A stretch of DNA of 60,672 bases, filler included, from Candidatus Babelota bacterium (GTDB lineage: Bacteria; JAGOBX01): assembly GCA_017999075.1 (NCBI GenBank). It is 7 parts of 7 records of this genome, joined end to end, with 100 filler letters (N's around TTAATTAATTAA, not from the genome) between each part and the next. Parts side by side here need not be neighbours in the genome. Positions count along the whole stretch, not along the records: positions 5,681 to 11,250 come from JAGOBX010000272.1; positions 11,351 to 16,916 come from JAGOBX010000273.1; positions 17,017 to 22,562 come from JAGOBX010000274.1; 4 more parts are not named here. One strand, 5' to 3'. The number at the start of each line of letters is the position of its first letter. Position 1 is the first letter of the stretch. A model generated the notes under the pieces. The model ran no database searches. It was given only the letters and a program-made list of their open reading frames with translations, and was not told where the DNA came from. Shown here in pieces: positions 9,669-19,814 of this stretch. The translations under genes and the position numbers were made by a program.

Positions 9669-10922
9669 ACTGGGATTTGGAAACGGTCATTATGGATCGT
9701 TTTCCGAAATTCGGTTCATTTTCGAACCATATTTCTCCATAAATTCCGATAAAAAACGAATTTTTTCAAACATTGCAACTGCAAAGCTTAATAAAAAAAT
9801 TAAAACCCGGTTTGGCAACAGTCCCATAATATTTATCCAATATCAGCCAAATTAGCAGTTAGAGGAAAATTAAATTCAAACAGAGATGAACTTGCTAAAT
9901 CGAGATTATTGGAATTTGAAAAAAAATTAGAAAATTTTATTATGAGTTCTGAACGAACTCATAATAAAATCAAAAAAATGACATTACAAACTAATATGTT
10001 AAGCAAGTTATTATTAGAGGAAGTTGAAATTTCTGAAACCCAATTAAGCAAAACATTTGAAGATTTAGAAATAATGAATAAAAATTTATCTAAATCTGAA
10101 AACGAATATAATGAACGATTTAGAAAATTGTTGAAATATTTTGATGAACAAATCAATTTATTAAAACTTCGAGTCGAATCTTCAATAAATAAAAATCATA
10201 TTGAATTGACAGAAAAATTAACGATTGAAATTGAAACTATAAAAGGAGATTTAAAAGAATTTGCAGAAAAAATTTTACCATATAAAATTAAACAAACTGT
10301 AAAAAATTGGTTAGAACAGTCTCAAAATTTAATTGATAATAATATTGTCATAATTATTCATAAAACACTTGAAGGATATGAAAAACATTTTTCCAAAAAA
10401 ATAATTATTGATCAAATTGGTAAAAATGATATTGAAATAATTTCTTCTATTGAAACCGTAACATTAGAAAAATCAACAGAACAAGTAGATAAAAATTCTT
10501 TTTCTATCGGAGCAGTTGCAATGGGTGGTTTAGCAATTGTAACAGGAGTTGCTTCTGGTGGACTAACTTTATTGCCGCTAATAACAGCAACTTTTGCCGG
10601 CGGCGGAATTGGGAAATTATTAGGTCACAATATTTCGAAAAATATTATAAATGAACAAAAAATAGAATTAAAAAATAAATTACCGAAGATTTTACAATCA
10701 ATTTTTATTGATTTGCATAAATCTGTAATCTCGAATATTGATAATTTATCAAGCAATTTGAAAACCAAATTAAATCATGATTTTCAACGACATTTTCAAG
10801 AAATCAAGGAGCAATTACAGACGCAGATAAAAGAATCAGACAATAAAAAAAATACAATCAAAAATAAACAATTGATCTTTCAACAAATTCGTTCGGAAAT
10901 AATTTTAAAGTGAGGTGTAACT

Positions 10923-11250
10923 ATGGATTTTTCAACATTTGATCACATTTCAACACATTCAAACATATTTGGTGGAGACGATGTATATTCTAATGGAGAA
11001 TATCTCGGACATACTGAACCAAATATATTCGGTGGTGAAGATTTTCATTCGCTTGATGGAAGTATCAACATTAATACTAAACCAAATATATTTGGTGGAG
11101 AAAATATTACAGATAATCATGAAATGAATCTTCATACAAAACCTAATATTTTGGGTGGAGAAGATTATACACCGGATAATCATAGTAATACTGTTATGCA
11201 TACAAAATCAAATATATTTGGTGGGCACGATATATATCATAATAATCAAA
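10923..11250 (+). CDS. Small repeat protein with at least 5 T(K/E/H)(P/S)NI(F/L)GG repeats (3'-truncated)
   Basis: RBS GAGGTG overlaps the DLP2 stop codon. Repeats recur every 20-22 aa and the ORF runs into the linker. Confidence 0.85.
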
Positions 11251-11350
11251 NNNNNNNNNNNNNNNNNNNNNNNNNNNNNNNNNNNNNNNNNNNNTTAATT
11301 AATTAANNNNNNNNNNNNNNNNNNNNNNNNNNNNNNNNNNNNNNNNNNNN
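11251..11350. other. Artificial contig linker
   Basis: 44 N + TTAATTAATTAA + 44 N. Confidence 0.99.
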
Positions 11351-12567
11351 AAATCTGCCGGACAAATAAATTTATGGCATATATGACCGACAATATTTTC
11401 TTTTTCAGTTCCAATCATTTTTACCGCAACAGGATTTGCATCGATAATTTTATGCGTGTTTTTTTCTACTAAAACAACTCCTGTTTGAACTGTTTCAAAA
11501 ATAGTTTTAAACCAAATTTGATTTTCTTTCACTATCTTTTCAGAAGATTCAAGTGATGCCAGCATTTCATTTATTTCAGATGCAAGTTTCGTAATTTCAT
11601 CATTGCCATATTCAGGTAAACGCAAAGTCAAATCATTTTTTTCCTTTATATTGGTAATTTGCCTTATTAAATCAGTAAGTTTAATTATAACCAGTTTGCT
11701 CAACAGATAATATAATAATAAAATTATCAAAAATATTAATAATAAAAGCGTTAAAAAAATAATTGCAATATTATTTATCTCGCTATTATAAACTTCACGC
11801 TGAATTTCAAAATCAAACAAAATATTTTTATTATCAAAAACATCGTGTTTGGTTAAAAAACAAGTTAAAAAATCAGAATTTTTTATTTTCACAAACGTTG
11901 ATTTTATATTATGTTCTTTGATTAATAGTTCGGTTTTTTCAGGTTCAACCAGATTAACGTTAAAATTTAAATTTTTTGAAAAGGTAGATAATTCCTGTTT
12001 GTCAATATTTTTTCCGAATATCAATATGCCTTTTGCAGGACCAGTTCCTTCGCTCGTTAAAACAGGTTTTAACGAAAACATCATAGAATTATTTTTTACA
12101 ACAGCCAAACCATTTAAAAAACCGTTTTCTAAAATTTGATTGTTGAATTTTTTCATTTCATCAAGAAATTTTTTAAAATCATCAGGAATTTCTATGACTT
12201 GATTTTTTTCAGAATCAAAAAATTTGCCGTAATAAACGTCTCCATTAATTTTTAAAAAAGCTATCAGATTTAATTTTACATTGCTGAAAACTTCTTTTGT
12301 GAAATTAGCGTCAACAAAATCCTGTTTAAAATTGTCCATAAAATTATAAGCGTCATTCCACATTGCCCAATCCCCTGATTTTTCGCTTATATTATCTATT
12401 CTGGTTTCGATAATTTGATTTAACCGTTTTATATCGTTTCCGGCAAGCCTGTTTTCAAGCAATATTATATCTTTTATTAAAAAAGCCTGCACCAGATAAT
12501 ATATAACTGCAAACAGGGTTATTAAAACAAAACTTAAAATCAATAAAATTTTACTTCTTAATCTCAT
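11351..12567 (-). CDS. Membrane sensor CHASE4-HAMP-PAS (histidine kinase or cyclase; output domain lost at contig end)
   Basis: TM, CHASE4 motif DWAMWNDAYNFM...PVLTSEGTGP, second TM, HAMP GNDEITKLASEINEML, PAS IIDANPVA. Confidence 0.85.
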
Positions 12568-12605
12568 ATAAAAAATTTTATCCTAAATAACTTTAATATA
12601 AAATT

Positions 12606-14054
12606 TCAGATAAACAGTCTCACAGCAGATTTAATTAGTCCGATAAGTTCTGTGAAATTTTTTAAATTTAAATTTTTAGTTCTCCAGTTCGTATTTCCGT
12701 GTCTGATTATATAACCAGGTCTGAAATAAAATTTCCGAAAAGCTTTCTTATGATATTTAATAAGTTTTTCCGGAGTCAATCCTGGTGTCGTGTAAATCGG
12801 CGGAACATTTTTGAAAAACGTGTACGAAGAATATCTTTTCCATAATTTAAGCATTTCTTCCGGAAAATCCAATGGATTGGATATATCTCCGGATTTCAGA
12901 AGTTCATAATAATAATCACTTCCCGGATATGGAACGAACATAGTAAATTGCACTGTTTTTATCGGCAACGAACAGGCATATTGTATCGTTTGATTTAAAG
13001 TGTCTTCAGTCTCGCCTGGTATCCCCAGTATAAATAAGCATTGAGTATCATAAATATATTTAGAAACATAGTTAACTACTTCTCTGGCCCTGACCAAAGA
13101 AATATTTTTGCTTATTTTATTTACCAATTCCTGATTGCCGGATTCTATTCCCAAGGCAATTCCGCAGCATCCAGAATCAGCCATTTTTTTCACTAATTTT
13201 TCAGAAAGAAAATTTATATGTGAACTGCAATGCCATTTTATATTCAAATTTTTACTCATTATTTCTTCGCACATTTCCATGGTTCTGTCTTCGTAAACTG
13301 TAAACAGAGAATCTATAAAATCAATGAATGTAACTCCATATTTTTCTTTAAAATACCGGATTTCATCAATAACATCGGATATTTTTCTAACCCTGTAATT
13401 TCTCTGATTATGTACATTGCAGAATCTGCACCTGTTTACGCATCCTCTGCTTGTTAATACAGGCATCATTTTTTCCTTCAATCTTTCTTCAAGCAAATAA
13501 TCTTTTATATTTAAATCACTGATAATATAATGCGGCAAAGAGTCAATATTTTTAATTATTTCTCTTTCAGCAGTCCTGAATGGTCTACCGTTTTTTAAAA
13601 AAGAAATCCCTTTTATCGAATCAAAATTTTTTTCAGTGAATTGAGAAAGTATTTCAAGGCATGTGTATTCACCTTCTCCATGAACCACAATATCGCATAC
13701 ATTATTTTTCAAAAAAAAGTCGCTGAATTCAGATGCATGAATATTTCCTAAAATAACATATGTTTTCAATTTTGATTCTTTAACAAGTTTGCCTAATCTG
13801 TAAACAAATTCACTATTGGCAGTTAAACAAGTTACTGCTAAAATGTCAGGCTCTTCTTTTTTTATAATTTCAAATGCGCATTGTGGAGTATCGTCATTCA
13901 AATAGCAATCTCTGAATTTTACAGAATATCCTTTTTTTTCCAAAGACGCTCCTATGCTGAGCAGGCCCATAGGCATTGCAGGAATAACAAATAATTTTCC
14001 TGCACCCATAATTTCAGAACAGGTGTCATTCGGATTCAATAATAAAATTTTCAT
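12606..14054 (-). CDS. B12-binding radical SAM protein
   Basis: N-terminal B12-binding region (PMGLLSIG, GNIHAS, GEGE) and TSRGCVNRCRFC (CxxxCxxC), GIESG. Confidence 0.92.
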   Translation of the reverse strand: MKILLLNPNDTCSEIMGAGKLFVIPAMPMGLLSIGASLEKKGYSVKFRDCYLNDDTPQCAFEIIKKEEPDILAVTCLTANSEFVYRLGKLVKESKLKTYVILGNIHASEFSDFFLKNNVCDIVVHGEGEYTCLEILSQFTEKNFDSIKGISFLKNGRPFRTAEREIIKNIDSLPHYIISDLNIKDYLLEERLKEKMMPVLTSRGCVNRCRFCNVHNQRNYRVRKISDVIDEIRYFKEKYGVTFIDFIDSLFTVYEDRTMEMCEEIMSKNLNIKWHCSSHINFLSEKLVKKMADSGCCGIALGIESGNQELVNKISKNISLVRAREVVNYVSKYIYDTQCLFILGIPGETEDTLNQTIQYACSLPIKTVQFTMFVPYPGSDYYYELLKSGDISNPLDFPEEMLKLWKRYSSYTFFKNVPPIYTTPGLTPEKLIKYHKKAFRKFYFRPGYIIRHGNTNWRTKNLNLKNFTELIGLIKSAVRLFI

Positions 14055-14093
14055 TATAACAATTTAATGCCGGGAAAATTTAAAATATTGATA

Positions 14094-14122
14094 TTTATAA
14101 TACAATATTATATAGTTGTCAA
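14094..14122 (-). promoter_or_regulatory. Putative sigma-70 promoter for the radical SAM gene
   Basis: Minus strand TTGACA-N17-TATAAA about 40 bp upstream of the start. Confidence 0.45.
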
Positions 14123-14157
14123 TATATTTAAATTGTAAATATTAAGTTAATAATATT

Positions 14158-16299
14158 ATGAATTTTTCTTTTTGTCTTCCTATTAAATTTTATACATTAA
14201 TGACAAAAAATAATATTTTTTTTATTATTATTACTACACTAATTTTATTAATATATTACCCTTTATTTAAAAATTTGGATTGTTTCGGATTAGAAGAAGC
14301 AATGTTATTCAGAACAGTGACAGATAACGTATATAACTACAATAATATCACTCAATATTTTTTAGGTGAACACGGTAAAGCCTTTATGACAGACAATTTC
14401 GGTTATTACAGACCCTTTGTATCCTTTTTTTTTTATGTTCACTATAAATTATTCGGAGCTGATTCAATTCCTCTGCACATTTCATCTCTGATTTTGTTTA
14501 TATCAGCTTCATTTTTATTATTTAATGTTGTATATATTATTTTAAAATCAAAATTAACTGCTTTATTTGCCGTATTTAATTTCATTCTCTATCCATCGGT
14601 TGTTGTGCATTCCGCTTATGCAGCAGCTGATTCAGGAGAAATCATATCTATTTTTTTTATTTTGCTGTCAATCTATATTTATCAGAAAAATATTAATACT
14701 TTTTTTTGTATTTCGTCTGTTTTCTGCAGTTTTTTTTCAAAAGAAATTTCTTACACGCTTCCGGCAATCCTGTTCGGATATGAGATACTTATAAATAACT
14801 CAACAATCAAAAATGCTTTTAGAAAAAACTTTTTTTTAATACTGTTTTCTCTATTATTTTTCATATTCAGGATACTCATATTTAACGGAATTCCGCATTT
14901 TGAAACAGGAACATTAAATAACGTATTATATAAATTATTCAATAAAATTATTTTTTTGGTTGGAGCATACAAATCAATTCTGCCGATTATATTCTTTATA
15001 ATTTCAATAATGATATTCATAATTAAAATAAAAAAAAGCTGCCGGTTAAAAAAAATATTATTATTCTTATTGCTATGGATTTGTTTTGCGGTTTTACCTG
15101 TTTTCAATATCAAAATAAACAATGACATTGATTCAATCCATTATCTATTTTATATTTCAATTCCATTTTCCATATTATTTTCTGTATTTTTATCAAATAT
15201 ATTAAAAGTAACTTATCATAAACCTTTAGTTTATTTTTTTATTTCATTTTATTTCATTTTATTATTTTTTATAAATAATAATTTTATAAATTTTTGGCAT
15301 AACCTTTCATTATACAGAAATAAACTCGCAGAAAATGTCAAAAATGAAATATCAAAAAATAAAGAGTTCAGTCATATATTATTTTTTGACGACATAAAAA
15401 CAGGCGGGTTTTCTGCATTAATTCATATCGATGACATAATTTACTGGCACACAAGTAATTTTAAAAAAATAATTTATTACAATTTTAATATTAAAAATTT
15501 AGATATTTCCAGCCTGAATATTGATAATGTAAAAGCATATTATGTTTCAAACAAGATTTACAGCCTCGGGAAAAACGAATACATGTCCAAATTTTATAAC
15601 TCAACTTCTTATAAAATTATAAATAATTTTTCGACAGATAAAAATTTTGTTTTATCTGCAAAACAAATTCTGCATTTTGTTAATTTCAGCGATGATGATA
15701 TTTTTTTTGAAAGGTATAATCCGGCAGTAATCGAATTCTTAAAAAATAATACAGCACTATCAGATGACTTAACTAATAACTCAGCAAATTTCAAGAGTTT
15801 TGTTCATTTTATTAATTTTATTTATTATGATAATCTTAATTTACAATACTGGATTGAATTGATTAAAAAAAATAAAATGACTGCTAATGATGAATTAATG
15901 TTTTCCATAATCGCATATTATTCAATAACATTAAACAAAAAAGATTTCCATATTCAGAATCTGATTGAATTAAATGACATTTTTCTAAATTCACGTATTT
16001 CTCAAACGTTAAATTTTTTCATCACTTCTATTTTATACAAAAATAATTTTATTAATCCTGTAAATTATAAAAAAAATATTCCTAACATAAATCTCATTGA
16101 ATCTGTCACTTTTAAAAAAATGATTTTGAATTTAGCAATATTATTATCCGATAAACATTCAGATTATTTCAGTAAATGCATACCTCTTGAATATTTCAAT
16201 TTCAATAATTTGGTATTTTACGGGCATTATATTCTTAAAAATACACTCTATAAAACCGGATATTTAAACCCTAATTCTTTTATCGGCGGAATAATATAA
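14158..16299 (+). CDS. Multi-pass GT-C-type glycosyltransferase-like membrane protein (ArnT/PMT/TMTC-like)
   Basis: GYYRPF...YKLFG loop, FSKE motif and many TM segments; the true start may be ATG 14200. Confidence 0.65.
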   Translation: MNFSFCLPIKFYTLMTKNNIFFIIITTLILLIYYPLFKNLDCFGLEEAMLFRTVTDNVYNYNNITQYFLGEHGKAFMTDNFGYYRPFVSFFFYVHYKLFGADSIPLHISSLILFISASFLLFNVVYIILKSKLTALFAVFNFILYPSVVVHSAYAAADSGEIISIFFILLSIYIYQKNINTFFCISSVFCSFFSKEISYTLPAILFGYEILINNSTIKNAFRKNFFLILFSLLFFIFRILIFNGIPHFETGTLNNVLYKLFNKIIFLVGAYKSILPIIFFIISIMIFIIKIKKSCRLKKILLFLLLWICFAVLPVFNIKINNDIDSIHYLFYISIPFSILFSVFLSNILKVTYHKPLVYFFISFYFILLFFINNNFINFWHNLSLYRNKLAENVKNEISKNKEFSHILFFDDIKTGGFSALIHIDDIIYWHTSNFKKIIYYNFNIKNLDISSLNIDNVKAYYVSNKIYSLGKNEYMSKFYNSTSYKIINNFSTDKNFVLSAKQILHFVNFSDDDIFFERYNPAVIEFLKNNTALSDDLTNNSANFKSFVHFINFIYYDNLNLQYWIELIKKNKMTANDELMFSIIAYYSITLNKKDFHIQNLIELNDIFLNSRISQTLNFFITSILYKNNFINPVNYKKNIPNINLIESVTFKKMILNLAILLSDKHSDYFSKCIPLEYFNFNNLVFYGHYILKNTLYKTGYLNPNSFIGGII

Positions 16300-16315
16300 T
16301 CATAAATTCATGCGG

Positions 16316-16916
16316 CTAAATTTTCGAATTCGATTTTTGCAGCAAAAGATAAATTATAAATAAAACAGTAAATACTGCAAGAGCGTTGTTATAGTAAAAC
16401 AACAAATCAATATATTTATAATCGGAATTGTAATTAGAAACAATTCCAGATGTCAATAGATTAATTTTTTTAAATGGTTCTGAGTAGCAAAAATCTTCAG
16501 GACGCCTGAAAGATGAAATATAGCTTATTTGAATTATTGTAAGAAATATAATATAAAGATATTTTGTTTTTATATTTTTGGCACCAAAAGAAAAAAATAA
16601 AAATAAACAGCAGTATATTATAAAATAAATTGAGCTTGAATACACAAAAATTGAATTTTCCGGATAAATTTTTGATGCAAGAATCCATATTATCAGAAAA
16701 AATATCATTGTTGCAGGAATTTTTATATTTATTTCTGCCGGCTGAGATTCCAGATAATATCTTAATCCTAAACTGTACGGTATAAAAAATAATATAAATG
16801 ATATTATTGTTGCTGCTTTAAAAATTTCTTTATTAAATAAATTATTTATAAAAACATGGGAGTGCAGCAAAGTTAAAATGAATGTCATGAATATGAATAA
16901 AATTAAAATATAATTA
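16316..16916 (-). CDS. Membrane protein, C-terminal fragment
   Basis: Hydrophobic ORF open to the contig end; no recognisable motif. Confidence 0.55.
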
Positions 16917-17016
16917 NNNNNNNNNNNNNNNNNNNNNNNNNNNNNNNNNNNNNNNNNNNNTTAATTAATTAANNNNNNNNNNNNNNNNNNNNNNNNNNNN
17001 NNNNNNNNNNNNNNNN
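16917..17016. other. Artificial contig linker
   Basis: 44 N + TTAATTAATTAA + 44 N. Confidence 0.99.
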
Positions 17017-17018
17017 GA

Positions 17019-17918
17019 CCAACTCGTATCATAGGAACAAATTCTATATACAATTTAGCCACTGCAGCTGACAGTTCAGGAAATTTATATGTGGCTTACA
17101 AGCAGTTTGAAGGTGAGTATTTTGCTCTTTATGTTCAAAAATATATAAATTGTTCAGGCTCAGCAAGTCTTGTAGGTTCAAGTTACATTGATATGACTTC
17201 AACAGCTTCCGATAAAATAGCAATAGCGGTTAATAATTCAGGCGAAATTTTTATTGCATACTTGAGCGACAACACAACATTAAAAGTAAAAAAATTCACA
17301 GCAGGAGCATGGTATGATATAACCGCAAATATTTTTAGTTATGGTTCAGTTTATTCAAATTATTTAGATTTGGATGTTGACAGTCAAGGCAATCCGTATA
17401 TTGCTTTTCAAGATTCTTCAAAATCAAATAAAGCAACAGTAAAAAAATATGTGACTGAAGAATGGTTCACTCAAGGTACAGGTTCAGATTCTGCAGTAAG
17501 CGCAACTTCAGGCGGAGAAGTATCTTTTCTTGATCTGAAAATATGTGGAGATACAATCTTCTTAGCTTTTGCAGACAGCGGAGATGCTAATAAGCCTAAT
17601 GTTATGCAATATACACAATCCGGTTGGACAAGAGTAGGAAGTTCCAGCGCTTACAGTGCTGCTGTGAGTTCTATTTCTTTAACTACTTATTATGGAAAAC
17701 CTTATATAGCTTTTATAGACAGTTCTGCGTCTTATTCGGCAACAGTGCGGCATTATAACGGAAGTTCCTGGGTTACTCTCGGTTCAGCAGGAATTACAAA
17801 TTCCGATTTAACATTACCTCCGGTTCTTGTTATAAATACTTCAGGCATACCATTTTTAGGATACAGGAACGGAGCGTCTTCAAACTTAGGAAATGTTAAA
17901 AAATATATTTCCTACTGA
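17019..17918 (+). CDS. Beta-propeller-like repeat (surface/secreted) protein, C-terminal fragment
   Basis: Frame is open from the contig start; repeated blades such as DSQGNPYIAFQD...ATVKKY...W and GKPYIAFID...ATVRHYNGSSWVTLG. Confidence 0.75.
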   Translation, partial: PTRIIGTNSIYNLATAADSSGNLYVAYKQFEGEYFALYVQKYINCSGSASLVGSSYIDMTSTASDKIAIAVNNSGEIFIAYLSDNTTLKVKKFTAGAWYDITANIFSYGSVYSNYLDLDVDSQGNPYIAFQDSSKSNKATVKKYVTEEWFTQGTGSDSAVSATSGGEVSFLDLKICGDTIFLAFADSGDANKPNVMQYTQSGWTRVGSSSAYSAAVSSISLTTYYGKPYIAFIDSSASYSATVRHYNGSSWVTLGSAGITNSDLTLPPVLVINTSGIPFLGYRNGASSNLGNVKKYISY

Positions 17919-17936
17919 TTAAGTTTATATTATTTT

Positions 17937-17988
17937 AAAACCGGTATTTTTATGAAAACAACAATTTTTCGAAAATACCGGTTTTTTT
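17937..17988 (+). terminator. Intrinsic terminator-like hairpin
   Basis: Perfect 14-bp IR AAAACCGGTATTTT (17937-17950) / AAAATACCGGTTTT (17972-17985) ending in a T run just after a stop codon. Confidence 0.7.
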
Positions 17989-18006
17989 GATTAATGGAGC
18001 GCATTT

Positions 18007-19065
18007 ATGTTTGGACTTATAATGATCGGCGGCAGAGGGACAAGGTTTTGGCCGTTAAGTAAAATAAAAAAACCTAAACAGTTAATTGATTTTACAGGCA
18101 ATGGTGAAATGATACGGCTGACAGTTGACCGTTTAAAACCTGTTGTCAAAAACAAAGATTTTTTTGTTATAACTTCGAAACATCTTATTCAACCTGTAAA
18201 AAAAATACTTAATGAGATAAAAAACGTTGTAGGAGAACCTGAAGGAAAAAACACTGCTCCATGTATAGCAATGGCATTAGGAATATTGTATAAAAATTTT
18301 AAAGATGAAATACTCGGTGTTTTTCCAGGAGATCACTATATAAAAAAAGAATCAGCTTTTGTTTCAATATTAAAAAAAGCAGAAACATTTGCTTCTAAAA
18401 ATAATGCGCTAATAACTATAGGAATTAAACCTGATTCGCCTCATACCGGATACGGATACATTGAATTTGACAAATCTAAAAAATTATCGCCTGACATATT
18501 TAAAGTAAAAAAATTTTATGAAAAACCCGATTTTAATAAAGCTCATAATTTTTTCAAATCAGGAAATTTTCTATGGAATGCAGGTATTTTTATATGGAAA
18601 ATAGGAGTTATTGTAGAATCTTTTAAAAAATATCAGCCTCAAATGTATGATTCAATTATCAGAATCAGCAACTCATCAAAAAAAAATTTAACCAAAACAA
18701 TATATGAAGAATTTAAAAAAATGCCCAAAATTTCTATTGATTATGCAATTATGGAATATAGCGATAATATTGTTACTATACCCGCAGATATTGGATGGAA
18801 TGATATAGGCAGCTGGTCGAGTCTTGATTCGATTAACTCTGCTGATAAAAACGGAAATGTAGTTATATCTAAAAAAAATATTTTATTATCATCGAACAGA
18901 AATATCATACATTGCAAAAACAAAATGGTAGCTGCTATTGGAGTTGATGATCTGATTATTGCTTCTGACGATGATTGTATTCTTGTATGCAAAAAAGAAT
19001 CTGATCAAAAAGTGGGAGATATAGTAAAAAATCTCGAATCCCTAAATTTACGTGAATATCTATAA
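18007..19065 (+). CDS. manC: Mannose-1-phosphate guanylyltransferase
   Basis: GGRGTRFWPLS...PKQ, EPEGKNTAPCI, GYGYI, FYEKPD, WNAGIF, SIDYAIME, WNDIGSW. Confidence 0.93.
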   Translation: MFGLIMIGGRGTRFWPLSKIKKPKQLIDFTGNGEMIRLTVDRLKPVVKNKDFFVITSKHLIQPVKKILNEIKNVVGEPEGKNTAPCIAMALGILYKNFKDEILGVFPGDHYIKKESAFVSILKKAETFASKNNALITIGIKPDSPHTGYGYIEFDKSKKLSPDIFKVKKFYEKPDFNKAHNFFKSGNFLWNAGIFIWKIGVIVESFKKYQPQMYDSIIRISNSSKKNLTKTIYEEFKKMPKISIDYAIMEYSDNIVTIPADIGWNDIGSWSSLDSINSADKNGNVVISKKNILLSSNRNIIHCKNKMVAAIGVDDLIIASDDDCILVCKKESDQKVGDIVKNLESLNLREYL

Positions 19066-19119
19066 ATAATATAATAATACATCAAAAAATTCATAAAATA
19101 CTATACTATAAAACACAAT

Positions 19120-19731
19120 ATGATTTCAAACTTTTCTATAATTGAAATTGCTCCAGGTCTCAAATTTTGTCAAAATCAAATTTATAAATTTTCGAGTGAT
19201 TCAATACGTTTATTTGATTATATAAAAAATATCGAAACACCGGAAATTTTAGAACTCGGATGCGGCGATGGAATAATATCAGTTTTGTACGCACTCAAAA
19301 ACAAACAGTCTCTGGTATATTCGCTCGATATAAATTCCGATGTTTTGAGTTGTTTAAAACAAACTGTAAAAATCAATAATATTAAAAATATTGAAATAAT
19401 TGAATCTGATATGGAATGGTATTCTATAAGTTCAAAAAAAACTTTTCCGCTGGTAACAATGAATCCGCCTTACTACAATTGCTTCGAAGGTAAACTTAAT
19501 GATAATCCTTATGCTATAACAGCCAAACATCAAATTTTATGCAATGAAACAATTTTTTTAAATTCAGGTTACAGATTGTCAAAAAAAAAATCAGGCAGGT
19601 TTATAATAATTTATCCTAAATTCAAGATAACAAACAAATTTATTGAAAAAATTTATTTAACAGGATTTAAATCACATATTGTAATAGATACATCGAATCC
19701 AAGATTTCAAATTGTAGAAATGATTTTATGA
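19120..19731 (+). CDS. SAM-dependent N6-adenine methyltransferase (tRNA1(Val) A37/YfiC-like)
   Basis: YKFSSDSIRL, ILELGCGDG, MNPPY. Confidence 0.7.
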   Translation: MISNFSIIEIAPGLKFCQNQIYKFSSDSIRLFDYIKNIETPEILELGCGDGIISVLYALKNKQSLVYSLDINSDVLSCLKQTVKINNIKNIEIIESDMEWYSISSKKTFPLVTMNPPYYNCFEGKLNDNPYAITAKHQILCNETIFLNSGYRLSKKKSGRFIIIYPKFKITNKFIEKIYLTGFKSHIVIDTSNPRFQIVEMIL

Positions 19732-19747
19732 TTATTTTATAAATCAT

Positions 19748-19808
19748 ATTTTATAAAATAAGATGAACTGACCTTAAAAAAATGTAGTTTCATCTTATTT
19801 TATAAAAT
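19748..19808. terminator. Bidirectional terminator-like inverted repeat between convergent genes
   Basis: Perfect 20-bp IR ATTTTATAAAATAAGATGAA (19748-19767) / TTCATCTTATTTTATAAAAT (19789-19808). Confidence 0.7.
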
Positions 19809-19814
19809 TTTCAG

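Larger units (their letters stand above)
8482..9825 (+). mobile_element. IS5-family insertion sequence, 1344 bp
   Basis: Imperfect terminal IRs GGAAGTGTTTCCAAA (8482-8496) and the reverse complement of TTTGGCAACAGTCCC (9811-9825) match 12/15. Flanked by direct repeat ATAAT (8477-8481 and 9826-9830). Confidence 0.93.
7771..10913 (+). pseudogene. Bacterial dynamin-like GTPase 2, interrupted by an IS5-family element
   Basis: 5' part 7771-8481 has GEFNRGKST, PTTA, LVDTPG and INQID. Joining 8481 to 9831 reads ...IELDRYN|IYPISAKLAVRG...LEFEKKLENF in frame with ORF 9909-10913, giving about 597 aa with paddle IGAVAMGGLAIVTGVASGGLTLLPLITATFAGGGIG. Confidence 0.93.

Noticed and set aside
10955-11235. 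AA(C/T)AT(A/T)TT(T/C/G)GGTGG recurring every 60-66 bp, superficially CRISPR-like
   Set aside because: Repeats are short, vary at synonymous positions, have spacing in multiples of 3 and lie in an ORF; no cas genes are present. It is a coding repeat.
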